Below, piece after piece: positions 37,129 to 47,157 of a stretch of 64,000 nt of DNA. This DNA is from a virus. Both the position numbers and the translations under genes were made by a program. Position 1 is the stretch's first letter, and each line of letters starts with the position of its first letter. Location: the IMG/VR virus record IMGVR_UViG_3300028844_006278; one strand, given 5' to 3'. The notes beneath the pieces were generated by a model. That model did no database searches. It had not been told where the DNA came from and was given only the letters and a program-made list of their open reading frames with translations.

Positions 37129-38652
37129 CTATACTGTACAACAGTACGCTACGGCGGCTTCGTACGCCATAGCGCCTTCGTCGAATACTGTATAGCATGT
37201 AAAATAATCCACCGTGTTTGGGTCGTCCTCGCAGTTGGCAGGCGCATCTGTATTTAGCGCTTGGTCTAGAGCAGCTTGTGCAGCATCCTCTGCGGTTGCT
37301 CCGTACGCCACTGAAATGAACTGAGTTGATCCCGGGTAATCCGCGCACATTAGAGCCTCGGTGGGACAGGCAGGGGAACATGCGTCCCCCGCTTTCCCCA
37401 TAGCCGTTGCCGCAGCATCGCAAGTTTCCTCGCACCAGGGCGCAGGATCGTCCTGAGCAACAATAGGTGTGAAGTCCTCTAAGTATGTAGGAGGAGTTCC
37501 CGAGACTATAGTTGCCCATACCGGCTGCTCTTGGTAATCTCTGTTTACATCCAAGTCCTCCGGAGGCAGCGGAGGCAGATTTCCGGGTATTACTACGGAC
37601 TCTGATCGAGGAGGCTTTACGTTCCACTGGAGTCCGGAGATTACACCATCGTGCACGACTATGTTGGCATAGTATACATAAAGTCTCCCATCCTCGTAGC
37701 ATTGGATATCTACCACAACCGGGATAATCCCTAGCGGCTCTTCTCTGCTCACTTCGTCAGATTCGTAAGGATTTCTCGGTGTACGGACAGACTCGTCTTG
37801 GTTGATATCTATATTAGTAGTCAGACTGTTCGGGGACGGCCAGCGAGGAAAATGCAGCTCTCTATTTACAAACTCATCGGCACTAGAAGACCACCCGCAG
37901 TCGTCTTTTAGGCAGCAGCTCTTGGGATATCCTGCAACCAGTTGGAAGCTCTGGTCGGTATCGTCTGCTCTATAGACATCCCGTACCTCTGGCTTCTCCC
38001 TACGAGTTAGCCTAATCTCGCCATTTACTATCTCCGCCTCTATGTGATCGGGCAGATCGTCTGGTTGCGGACAGCATCCTGTATCTAATGGAGGGCCGTC
38101 TGGGTTGAACTCCCGGACTGTTAGAGTTTCTCCGCCGGAAACTACCGTTGTGCCGTCTCCGCCTCCAAACGAGAAGAACGGGATAGTGTCTATAGATGGA
38201 AAGCGAGGCCGTCCGATAGATAGTGAGTTGGACTCTACGCCCTCTCCGGGACAGTAGCAGGTATCCTCCAGTACATCGGTCTGCAGGGCGCCGCTGATGT
38301 TGCCGGTAAGGGACCATAGGTCTGGATATTCTAGAGATGTGGGAGGTACAGGGCAGTCAGGGTCTAGAGGTGTGTAGGGATTGGTAAGAGAATCCCACCT
38401 GCTGTCGTACCCCCCTGTGTCTATCTCCACGTCTGGGGCATAGGATCCCGGCAGCCGCGCATAGTTATTGGCATTGTTCAGAGCAAATGTGTCGCACCCT
38501 GTAGTGGGAGTGACTGCTACGGAGTCTGTCGCCTCGCATACCGCGCATCCTCGAGCGGGCCCAGACCCTTCTGTCCCGTCCGGACATGCGCCGAAGTCCC
38601 GATACACGGCCCCTCGCCTAGTACTCGTATAAGATGTAAAAAGGCGTCTCAC
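37129..38652 (-). CDS. Cys/Pro/Asp-rich putative tail fibre-associated protein
   Basis: 507 aa in the structural operon; VVVDIQC strand; many Cys. Confidence 0.65.
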   Translation of the reverse strand: MRRLFTSYTSTRRGAVYRDFGACPDGTEGSGPARGCAVCEATDSVAVTPTTGCDTFALNNANNYARLPGSYAPDVEIDTGGYDSRWDSLTNPYTPLDPDCPVPPTSLEYPDLWSLTGNISGALQTDVLEDTCYCPGEGVESNSLSIGRPRFPSIDTIPFFSFGGGDGTTVVSGGETLTVREFNPDGPPLDTGCCPQPDDLPDHIEAEIVNGEIRLTRREKPEVRDVYRADDTDQSFQLVAGYPKSCCLKDDCGWSSSADEFVNRELHFPRWPSPNSLTTNIDINQDESVRTPRNPYESDEVSREEPLGIIPVVVDIQCYEDGRLYVYYANIVVHDGVISGLQWNVKPPRSESVVIPGNLPPLPPEDLDVNRDYQEQPVWATIVSGTPPTYLEDFTPIVAQDDPAPWCEETCDAAATAMGKAGDACSPACPTEALMCADYPGSTQFISVAYGATAEDAAQAALDQALNTDAPANCEDDPNTVDYFTCYTVFDEGAMAYEAAVAYCCTV

Positions 38653-38653
38653 G

Positions 38654-39475
38654 TTAGCGTACCAAGATCTCCAATTTCCCTTCAGATCTTTGTAACCCTA
38701 ATGCCGCTGACGTATCGACATCTATGTCTCCATTAGTCGGAAGCAGTCCATTTATCGTAAAGACTGGCTCGGCTGAGTAGGATGAGGAAGACGATCCGTC
38801 CCCATAGTCTACCGGGCACGGATCTTCGTAAGAGATGTCTCCTTCGTCTGTGAATCCAAGACCGTTTCCTACTCCTACGGAGAGGGTGAGGACGTCGGAT
38901 GAATAGGATACTGCGGCGTTATATCCGTCTGCCCAATCCATGCTAGACTCTCCACCTACACTTAGTGTAAGGATCTCTTCCTCGGGGTCGTCGGCGCAGG
39001 CGGGAGAGTTTAAGAAAGACAGGGATTGGACGTGCTCTGTATACCACTGTGCCCGGCAGGGCTCTACCTGTATGTAGCACGTTCCCGATCCGGCGTTAAT
39101 GATATCCGCGGAGGAGAAGACAAGTACTCCGGTAGCGTCCCCGGGGCCGGAGCTAGACACTGATCCTATATCGGAAACTGTCCCCACCTGATTAGGTACA
39201 TCGAATGTAATGAACCAGGACTGGCCTGACGAGTTCATAGCCTCGAACACAAGCTCTGTGGTAGTGGCTCCTGCTGAGTATGAGATAAGGTGAACCGTCG
39301 GAGCGCGCCCGGTAGAGACTGCCGGGGCCGCCGAGGAGGACGGCATAAGTACATCAGCATCTCCCTGAACTACAAAGAAGACGTCCAGAATGCCGGACGT
39401 GATAGTAGCGTTTGCGGCTGACAGGGTAGGGACAAATGGATAATCCTGCTGGGCAGATACGTGGCGCGTGCTCAT
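38654..39475 (-). CDS. Putative tail fibre/baseplate-associated protein (YPF...TING family)
   Basis: QQDYPF, ILDVFF, VFTINGLLPTNGDI. Confidence 0.6.
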   Translation of the reverse strand: MSTRHVSAQQDYPFVPTLSAANATITSGILDVFFVVQGDADVLMPSSSAAPAVSTGRAPTVHLISYSAGATTTELVFEAMNSSGQSWFITFDVPNQVGTVSDIGSVSSSGPGDATGVLVFSSADIINAGSGTCYIQVEPCRAQWYTEHVQSLSFLNSPACADDPEEEILTLSVGGESSMDWADGYNAAVSYSSDVLTLSVGVGNGLGFTDEGDISYEDPCPVDYGDGSSSSSYSAEPVFTINGLLPTNGDIDVDTSAALGLQRSEGKLEILVR

Positions 39476-40185
39476 ACTGTGTCGTCCTTAGCTTGCGTGA
39501 ACTTGAGAGATCCTTCCTCTACCGATATACGTAAATTGGCTCTAGGATGATTCTCCAGCCATATAGAGGAGTTGGATACTCCGTTTATGCTTCTAACCGG
39601 GATCGCATCCGACACAGCAGGGTCAGTTCCTAATACATCAAGCCGCAGGCTGCCGGCCTCTGTAAGGGCGAATCGGCAGCCGGTTCGCGCTACTACTCGG
39701 ACGTCTCCGTATATGGCCCGGCCGTTGGCAACAACGTATCGTACATACGGAGCCTTGCTGACATGGCACAGATCTACCAGAAATACGGCCACCTTGCTGA
39801 ACACTCGGACTACTGTACCTGTGACTGATCCTATAAATCGGGCAACTCCTTCTGGATTAAAAAGTAGGTGACCTACTGGGATACCTACAGAATTTTGTAC
39901 CTCGACGTCTGTAGTATCGTAGTCTATAACACATGTTCCGATCTCCTGACCTCCGTCATCGGATATATGCATCCGCACCTGTGGCCGGTCCCCGTGTGTG
40001 CCGTCTACCTTCGAGACCTTAAGAGGCAGGGAAAAGTCTCCCTTCAGATAGAACGCCGCATCTATGAGAAGATCCGTGCCTATATCGACGGCGCCGTCCC
40101 GCAGGAGGGAATTCTCGTCGAACGGATAGCTGTGCTTGACTACCTCGTCCCTAAAGTTTTGATTGGTGATCGCGTATGCCGGCAT
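39472..40185 (-). CDS. Putative tail fibre/baseplate-associated protein (same family)
   Basis: KHSYPF, LLIDAAF, VRSINGV. Confidence 0.6.
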   Translation of the reverse strand: MPAYAITNQNFRDEVVKHSYPFDENSLLRDGAVDIGTDLLIDAAFYLKGDFSLPLKVSKVDGTHGDRPQVRMHISDDGGQEIGTCVIDYDTTDVEVQNSVGIPVGHLLFNPEGVARFIGSVTGTVVRVFSKVAVFLVDLCHVSKAPYVRYVVANGRAIYGDVRVVARTGCRFALTEAGSLRLDVLGTDPAVSDAIPVRSINGVSNSSIWLENHPRANLRISVEEGSLKFTQAKDDTV

Positions 40186-41097
40186 CTAGACGTCCTCCGG
40201 AACTGTATATAGGGATCCTATGGCCCTACCTGCAGTGATGTCGATTAGCGGGATATTCACAATGTCGGTAGGCCCTACGAAATAGTCTTCCTCGATCTCT
40301 ATAGGTACGGTAGAAGAGGAGGTAACCGGCGCACAGTCGTCGCCTTCCTCATATGTCCTGGGCTGGAAGACGTCTAGAGGAAGTTCCTCATAATCTCCCC
40401 CACCCTCGTCCCCTCTTGGAATGATAAGCTCTCCGAAGTCTCCGCAATCCTGTACCTTGCCAACTATGTCTATGTCTATATTGCCTAGTTCATCCGGCGT
40501 AGCTCCGCCTACAGAGAATATGTATCTCTCCGTATCTGCGACAGCGCCTCCTGTCTGTCCGGACTTCAAGGCAATTAGCTGATCTTGGCTGAGGACCTCG
40601 TCCGCTCTATCTAGATATACCGTATCCCCTTCGACTGTTACCGACAGGAAGTCCGTATTGCTGGCAAACTGCAAAACGTCTGCCAGGTCCTGGTCGAAGG
40701 AGTTAGTAGTTAGTTGGATAGGTATGCCGGACTGCTTCAGAGATACAATGGTCTCTGGGTCCAAGTCTATCTCCACATCCCCTATATAGAACGCGTCGCG
40801 AACTCCGGACCCTAGCACTACCCAGCCTGTCCCTACTACTTCCATCTCCATCGGATATACTCGTGCAGGCTCGGCCGCCACCTGCATGAGATGAGCAATC
40901 GGCAGGCCTGAGGTACGGTCCTCTATGGCGATAAATACAAAGCTCGACGTCACCCGCACGCACACTACTACTGGGTCGTATGCTTCGGGAACATTGAGAG
41001 ACAGGTCCAGGAGGATGTCGTTGGGGACACCTAGTTCGTGGAAGTCGCTGAGCGGATACTTTATGTCCGCGTTATTGGAGTAGAGTAGGGGAGTCAT
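40186..41097 (-). CDS. Putative tail fibre/baseplate-associated protein (same family)
   Basis: NADIKYPL, ILLDLSL, IFSVGGATPDELGNIDI. Confidence 0.6.
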   Translation of the reverse strand: MTPLLYSNNADIKYPLSDFHELGVPNDILLDLSLNVPEAYDPVVVCVRVTSSFVFIAIEDRTSGLPIAHLMQVAAEPARVYPMEMEVVGTGWVVLGSGVRDAFYIGDVEIDLDPETIVSLKQSGIPIQLTTNSFDQDLADVLQFASNTDFLSVTVEGDTVYLDRADEVLSQDQLIALKSGQTGGAVADTERYIFSVGGATPDELGNIDIDIVGKVQDCGDFGELIIPRGDEGGGDYEELPLDVFQPRTYEEGDDCAPVTSSSTVPIEIEEDYFVGPTDIVNIPLIDITAGRAIGSLYTVPEDV

Positions 41098-42329
41098 GCG
41101 GAGGATGCCGGTTCTGGGGGACGGAAGTAGACAGCAGTGTCTCGGGATACAGGATTATCCGGCCCAGCAGGTCCGAGATGCGTATGAGATACGGTAAGGT
41201 CTATATCTACCCGGTATGAGTAGATAGGATCGTTTGTCAAGAGCGTTCCCAGCAATACGACCGCGAAGTCTGCATACATCTCCGCTCCTGTAGTGATATC
41301 TCCTCCCGATATCATCTCTACCTGAACTTGGCTTGCGCTCGGGAAGGTAACTCCGAGACCTCCGATATCTGCAGAGCACCGCTCTTGCCGGACGAGCGGT
41401 ATGACGTCTGTGATGGAGTCGGAAATGCCGGCCCAGCTAGACACATTGCCGCCGCTATCGATCTTCTTGAAGGATAGCAGGAACTGGAAGGTAACGCCGT
41501 TCACTCCGTCCCCTATATCTCGGTCAGATATGTTGCGGTAGAGTCCTGCGACCACTACGGATTGTCCGTATGCCTGCGCGGACAGCTTAACTGTAGAGTT
41601 GTGGACTAGGTAGTCCCAGTACTTACGGGAGGACATAAACTGCTGAAGTGTCCCTGTTGCAGCCTCCCGAACTCCTCCGTCCGGATGGGCAGGAATGCTC
41701 CCGGAGTCCGTCGAGTTGTCGTAGCTGAGGGAGAAGACATAGTCGTAGAAGGCCTCTATTCGATTGAGGTACTCTTCTAGTCGATAGTATTGCGGGCAGT
41801 CCAGGCACGGCGCACACGCGTCTGTGTACACTAGCTCCGCGCCTGTTAGCATAGAGGTAGATGACGCACCATACTCGGGTATCACGTACCGGCCGTCCTG
41901 GGGGTACCCAGCACCTAGGTCGGATTCGAACTCTCCGGCCGCCACACAGGCGTCCCCTGTTAGGAACACTGCCCCGGATATATCTTCAGCATATGTCTGA
42001 TTTACAGATGTCGTGAAGATGGACCGGTCTGAAAATACCCACGCTCTGCGGCGTACGTCCAGCTCCTCTCCAGATGAGATCTCGCCTTCTCCAATGTATG
42101 CCAGTGCGTTGAACTTCTGCCTATAGTACGGATCCTCTCCTCCGGCATCCGGGTCCAGCTCCAGGAGGATGTCCTCGTCGTCGAGCTCTGTATTGAACGA
42201 GACATTAGCTCCAGCTACTAACGATACGCCCCCGTCCTGGACTATGTCGATACTTCCGTCAGCGTGCTCTACGCATAAGCTAACCAGCCTGCGCAGGGAC
42301 GCATCTGTGTCGTCGCAGTTTGAGGACAT
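41094..42329 (-). CDS. Putative structural protein
   Basis: LVAGANVSF; DACAPCLDCP followed by a helical segment. Confidence 0.6.
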   Translation of the reverse strand: MSSNCDDTDASLRRLVSLCVEHADGSIDIVQDGGVSLVAGANVSFNTELDDEDILLELDPDAGGEDPYYRQKFNALAYIGEGEISSGEELDVRRRAWVFSDRSIFTTSVNQTYAEDISGAVFLTGDACVAAGEFESDLGAGYPQDGRYVIPEYGASSTSMLTGAELVYTDACAPCLDCPQYYRLEEYLNRIEAFYDYVFSLSYDNSTDSGSIPAHPDGGVREAATGTLQQFMSSRKYWDYLVHNSTVKLSAQAYGQSVVVAGLYRNISDRDIGDGVNGVTFQFLLSFKKIDSGGNVSSWAGISDSITDVIPLVRQERCSADIGGLGVTFPSASQVQVEMISGGDITTGAEMYADFAVVLLGTLLTNDPIYSYRVDIDLTVSHTHLGPAGPDNPVSRDTAVYFRPPEPASSA

Positions 42330-42332
42330 GTA

Positions 42333-43313
42333 CTAGACCTCCGAACCGAGTACAAGCAGCTTATTCTGTATGCTGGAGATAGCCGAACTGGTAGAGTCGT
42401 AGAACGCTTTGAGCGTGGCGTATCGCTGGTTAAGGTTAGCGATGGATGCTAAGATATTGTCTATGTTAGTGTCCTCATCGCAACAAGGTCTGGCACATGG
42501 ATTAGAGATGACCACCGAGTGGCTGCCCTCCGCCTCTATGGCGGTACAGTCTCCTCCTAGGATGTTAAAATTCCTATTCGGATCCGGCAGCATGCCGTTT
42601 ATCGTGCGGATAGGTCTGCCGTACAGGTCGGTGAGTGCCGCTAGTACGTCCTCGTCGTTAGATAGCTGTAGGGTGGAGCCGGCGTTTAGGGAGGCAGATA
42701 CTGTGACAACCGTCTCGGTGTCCCCTCCGTCTAATGTCCGGGTATCTACGTCCAACGATACATTGGCCCCTTCCTTTAGCTTCACGTTGCCTGTGTATAG
42801 TCGGTTGTTTATCGATATGTACTGGACATTTAGAAGGCCCTTGGACACACGGGTCTGCAGTATCTTGGTGGACTTATCCGTCGTACTCTGGTCGAAGCTC
42901 CACGATCCGAGACTACGGACAGTGTCGACACACTCTCCTATAGTGATCTGCCCTGTCATGTAGTAGAGCGGGGAGAGCGCGCCTCCCCCTGTATACTCGT
43001 AAGGCGTGAAGTCATACGTGGAATGAGGATCTGCGGATGTGTCGATGCTGCGGAATACCCCTAGAGGGGATGTGATAAGCGCGTCATCATATCCTACCTC
43101 TATGTCGATGAAGTTTTTACGTACAACGACTCTCTCGATATAGAACTGACTCTTGTCCACCTCCGGAAGGCACGGCACACATAGGAATATGTCTGAGATA
43201 AGTGAACTCGGCATCGTAAACGACCCAGTAGCGTCCACTGCCCCGTTATCGTCTTCTATGGGGTAGGAGCGATGCAGGTTCTCGTCCAAGAATTCTAGTA
43301 AAATAGCAGACAT
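42333..43313 (-). CDS. Putative tail fibre/baseplate-associated protein (same family)
   Basis: NLHRSYPI, LISDIFL, LKEGANVSL, IRTINGMLPD, CARPCC plus coiled coil. Confidence 0.6.
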   Translation of the reverse strand: MSAILLEFLDENLHRSYPIEDDNGAVDATGSFTMPSSLISDIFLCVPCLPEVDKSQFYIERVVVRKNFIDIEVGYDDALITSPLGVFRSIDTSADPHSTYDFTPYEYTGGGALSPLYYMTGQITIGECVDTVRSLGSWSFDQSTTDKSTKILQTRVSKGLLNVQYISINNRLYTGNVKLKEGANVSLDVDTRTLDGGDTETVVTVSASLNAGSTLQLSNDEDVLAALTDLYGRPIRTINGMLPDPNRNFNILGGDCTAIEAEGSHSVVISNPCARPCCDEDTNIDNILASIANLNQRYATLKAFYDSTSSAISSIQNKLLVLGSEV

Positions 43314-43327
43314 ATTCTATTTCTCCT

Positions 43328-44947
43328 CTAGGTAAGGAAGAGTCGGATGCCTGTGTTAAGCAATCGGTAGGCAGGGTCTGGAGTAGCTGCGGCTAGTGAA
43401 TAGGACACCGCTCCACGGCTATACCCGGTAAGGTCGTACGATCCCGCGCTCTCGACATAGTAGACATCTGTGCTGCTAATAGATGACGGGAATGCCGGGA
43501 ACGTATCGGCTGCCTCTGCAGTAGGTGTTACACCCGCTACGTCCGGAGTAGGTAACAGAGATACAGAGATATCTGGTGGAGTCTGACTGGCGCCGGGTGC
43601 CAGGAATTGCGCGAACACCTTCATAGAGTAGGACACATCTCCCAGATTCGGAAGGACTACGCGATACGAGGCCGACGAAGTACGATTAGAGGGAAACAGC
43701 GTAAGTACTTGTACGCCTTCTACCGTAGTGATAGAGTTATTGAGATTCTGCGTATCGGCTTGGAGCATGAGGTCGTTGAACAGCTCTACCTCTACCGTGA
43801 CGTCGCCCACTCCGTCGCCTTGAGGAGACGACCGGGTAAGGCCTATCCCCACACTGACCGAAGACACTACTGGCCCTCGCTTCTGCACGTGGTCCGCTAT
43901 CTCTTTGACAACGATGTGTCCCTCAGTATCTGAGGCCTCCTCCATCTCCAGGATAGTGAGAGATACGAGTCCGTTACTCTCCGCAACTGACAGAGCATTG
44001 GGGGAGAGGCTCCGGAGGGCGGTGATGATTGAGATGCCGTGGGAGTCGGCAGATGTGACTACCATCTCGATATCGCACTCAGGAGCGGCAAAGTCGTTCC
44101 ACCATATCCCGTTCTCGTCTAGTACGACGGAAGTCTCGTCTACATGTAGGCCGCCGAGGTCGCAGGCAGCAGTACTAGATCCCTCGGCCGTGTCTGCGTG
44201 GTACAGGTAGACAAAGCTGGGATCCCCTACAGTAGGGAGTAAAGCATCTCCGACGTTCTGCTCGATAGAGCTGGTGGCTGTAAGGTCGTAGCCGTACTGA
44301 GCGCCATCTGGAACAAGGGATGCGTCGAAAGAGCCGGCCGCATCCCAGTCGTCCGTCCGTAGTCGGTAGCTCCTATGCGTATGTGTGATAGGCTCGTGCT
44401 GCGGGGGAAATACCCGTATTACGCCGCCGTCCGAGGCGTATAGGGTACGTACGCGCATCGCAGGAGGATCGAGCTCCACCGTTCCAGGAGAGGTCATCGA
44501 CAGATAGTAGGTACCGGCGGATGGACTAGCTGTTCCGAATAGGTTAGTAGTGGCGGAAGTATCCAGAACGGCAAAGCCGTTAATGAGGATATCACCCACT
44601 CTATCCGCAGACTTAGCCGTAACTACCCCGACATAGATGGCAGAATCTGCGGGGTACAGTTCTGTGCCGCCCTCGGATAGAGATCTCCACTGGGCCGTAG
44701 CCTTATCGTGTACGAGTGCGTCGGGGTCGTAGTAGACCACTGTGCCCGTTGATATGCTTTCCGCAAGAGGGGCGTCCCGGAAGACAAGCTGCTCTCCCGC
44801 TTCGATAGCATCGACAATGCGCTTAAGAGATGCAGTCCTATCGGCTAAGACTTGGGTAGGTGCGTTGGTGATGGCGGCGTTTACCGGATCTCCGTCGCTA
44901 ACAAAAGGAACGCTCTGCGTCCAGATAGATTCGTCTGTAGGGGGCAT
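43328..44947 (-). CDS. Putative proximal tail fibre/baseplate attachment protein
   Basis: N-terminal DGDPVNAAITNAPTQVLADRTASLK resembles tail-fibre N-termini; follows baseplate genes. Confidence 0.55.
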   Translation of the reverse strand: MPPTDESIWTQSVPFVSDGDPVNAAITNAPTQVLADRTASLKRIVDAIEAGEQLVFRDAPLAESISTGTVVYYDPDALVHDKATAQWRSLSEGGTELYPADSAIYVGVVTAKSADRVGDILINGFAVLDTSATTNLFGTASPSAGTYYLSMTSPGTVELDPPAMRVRTLYASDGGVIRVFPPQHEPITHTHRSYRLRTDDWDAAGSFDASLVPDGAQYGYDLTATSSIEQNVGDALLPTVGDPSFVYLYHADTAEGSSTAACDLGGLHVDETSVVLDENGIWWNDFAAPECDIEMVVTSADSHGISIITALRSLSPNALSVAESNGLVSLTILEMEEASDTEGHIVVKEIADHVQKRGPVVSSVSVGIGLTRSSPQGDGVGDVTVEVELFNDLMLQADTQNLNNSITTVEGVQVLTLFPSNRTSSASYRVVLPNLGDVSYSMKVFAQFLAPGASQTPPDISVSLLPTPDVAGVTPTAEAADTFPAFPSSISSTDVYYVESAGSYDLTGYSRGAVSYSLAAATPDPAYRLLNTGIRLFLT

Positions 44948-44957
44948 GGTGGTTCCT

Positions 44958-45527
44958 CTATAGGTTGAAGTAGATGCCCCATCGGATGCCGATCTGGGCG
45001 CCCGCGATCTTCGTAAAATGCGAAGGGCCTATATCGTTAAACGAGACGGAGGAAAATAGGATGTCTTGTTGGTAGTCGTCCGGATCGAGATAGGCGAGAG
45101 CAGCTCCGTAGAACTGCGACGTACCGTCCGTTAGGATATTGCCGGCGCCGGCCAGAAGGCCTGTCCCTGTAGTGATGGCTACGAAGGTCACCTTATTGTT
45201 GTTGAAGGCCGCGTCTGTGGTGGAGTAAGAGGGCTGAGCTAGAGTGGCTGCCCGGTCAAAGTTACGTGTGCCTCCCCCGTCGCTGTGGTAGAAGGACGCA
45301 GTTCTCTGTACCGGTGGAGTAACGTCCGTGTACGGGCTGCCGTCATTATCGTAGGCGAAGTACATTCCGTTAACGGATAGCTTTCCGCCTAGGGCCTTAG
45401 CCAGCAGGTCCATGCCTGAATTAACGATGACGTTCTTCTTGCGTGCAAGGACGTGGTCCTGCCCGTCGCGTCGGGCGAAGAGTTCGATCTCGCCGACCGC
45501 CCCTTTATATGTCTCTAGCATATCCAT
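44958..45527 (-). CDS. Putative baseplate wedge/tail-collar-like protein
   Basis: KKNVIVNSGMDLLAKALGG...ILFS...TK...IRWGI pattern. Confidence 0.55.
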   Translation of the reverse strand: MDMLETYKGAVGEIELFARRDGQDHVLARKKNVIVNSGMDLLAKALGGKLSVNGMYFAYDNDGSPYTDVTPPVQRTASFYHSDGGGTRNFDRAATLAQPSYSTTDAAFNNNKVTFVAITTGTGLLAGAGNILTDGTSQFYGAALAYLDPDDYQQDILFSSVSFNDIGPSHFTKIAGAQIGIRWGIYFNL

Positions 45528-45536
45528 AATAGTATT

Positions 45537-46061
45537 CTATCCTCGTAAAATAGGTGAGTATATGAGTGTCTCGGCGACTTGGTCGTGCAGCTCGTCTGGG
45601 AGCTCTGGAGCGTAGAACACATCGACACTTTCGTCTCCGCTACTTAGGGTCAAGCCTTCTTCTATCTCCCTACGTTCTACTAACACAAAGAAGCAGCTAC
45701 CTGCCGGCACTGTTCGTCGGAGTACAGACAATAGCTGGGCGACCAGGGTGCTGTCAAGCAGATCTACCGCTATTTTCAAGAACACGGCATTGTTCCGGAA
45801 GTACGCCTCTCGGATTTCTTCAAACGGTATAATAGTGTCTGGGATCTTGCCGTACTTCTCCGACAGCATGTCGAAAAACGGCAATGTGCTCCCGTTGCCT
45901 GTGTTTATATCGAGGAAGAACTTATCGACGTTCGCCTCGGATCCGCCGACGAAGAAGGTGTATATGTCCTCAGGCACGGAGGCCATCAAAGCCTTAGCTT
46001 CCTCTTCAGTCTCGACGTACCCGATTATCAGGCCGGAGCTGTTTATAATTTTATATCCCAT
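45537..46061 (-). CDS. Putative baseplate protein
   Basis: LRRTVPAGS resembles the baseplate-wedge R.xxPAH motif; context. Confidence 0.5.
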   Translation of the reverse strand: MGYKIINSSGLIIGYVETEEEAKALMASVPEDIYTFFVGGSEANVDKFFLDINTGNGSTLPFFDMLSEKYGKIPDTIIPFEEIREAYFRNNAVFLKIAVDLLDSTLVAQLLSVLRRTVPAGSCFFVLVERREIEEGLTLSSGDESVDVFYAPELPDELHDQVAETLIYSPILRG

Positions 46062-46127
46062 AGGATCCTCGGTATCTGCTTAGGCGCGCTGCCTAATCTA
46101 CACACGTAGCGCAACTATCAAACTACT

Positions 46128-47156
46128 TTACGCCTGTATCGTATACCACCCGGGATGAGTATTCCGCTCAACCGGGACCCGACTGTTTACGAACAAGAGG
46201 CTTCCGGGAATCCCTGGGAGGAATCCCCTGTCGAGGGCGAGTCCTTCGAAATCTTCGAACGGCACACGGTCGCTCCCGGCATTGACGCTAAACGTATCGA
46301 AGATGAGATCTCCCTCGGAGAGGCTGCTTCCTACAGCGGCCGTAGTAACTGCAGAGACTGGTGCGGTATAGACCGCATTGTCTGTCTGTACGCAGAGGCG
46401 ATCGCCTTCCTCGAATACATCGACTACTTCGCCGGAACTGTGCACGTAGTCCGTATCGGACAGTACACCGAGCAAGCGCTTTATATTCCGAGCTGTGGCT
46501 CCGTCTACTCGGAGGTCCCATGCCACATGCACGGCGTCCGTAGATCTACTCTCTGCCCTAGCGTATATGCCCGCCATTGTGCCGAAGAACGAGCACAGGG
46601 CGTTGATGTCCTCTCGTACCTGAAAGCCCCATAGTAAGAAGTCCCTAAGAGTGGAGCCGTCCGCTGCAGAGCGCGGGCGAATAGATATCCCTGCCAGCTG
46701 CAATGGATCTTCGAAGAACGTGATACTATCATCCGATACGTTGAAATCCTCCCCGGCCGTCAAAATCGTCCCGGGTGCCTGTATCCCTACTGATAGAAAC
46801 TTAGGCGAAAATCCCTTATCTATAGGGAAGGTGCGATTCTCCGTAGATAGGGTGTTCTCCCCGTATAGCGCGCCCGTGCCGCCGTAGGTGAGTCCCTCGT
46901 CTCCGTAAGTGTGTGCCGTAGTGTCTTCATCTGCCTCGCTGAATAGGAAGATCCGTGCATCTGTGTCCACGGTATCTGGTATTTCATACCTACTGAGGTA
47001 GCTGCCCATGCTATTGGCCGCCTTGTTCAGCCCGTCCAGGGGAACAGCAAAGGAGGTAGCGTAGCTGTCGACAAAGTCGGAGTCTAGGAATACCTGAGTC
47101 CAGAAATGTCCTAGCAGACGTATTGTCTCCTCTCTGGAGCGAGTCAGTGCGCTCAT
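46128..47156 (-). CDS. Putative baseplate wedge protein
   Basis: Directly follows baseplate J; LGHFW, AGEDFNV, GATARNIKRLLGVL. Confidence 0.55.
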   Translation of the reverse strand: MSALTRSREETIRLLGHFWTQVFLDSDFVDSYATSFAVPLDGLNKAANSMGSYLSRYEIPDTVDTDARIFLFSEADEDTTAHTYGDEGLTYGGTGALYGENTLSTENRTFPIDKGFSPKFLSVGIQAPGTILTAGEDFNVSDDSITFFEDPLQLAGISIRPRSAADGSTLRDFLLWGFQVREDINALCSFFGTMAGIYARAESRSTDAVHVAWDLRVDGATARNIKRLLGVLSDTDYVHSSGEVVDVFEEGDRLCVQTDNAVYTAPVSAVTTAAVGSSLSEGDLIFDTFSVNAGSDRVPFEDFEGLALDRGFLPGIPGSLLFVNSRVPVERNTHPGWYTIQA

Positions 47157-47157
47157 C

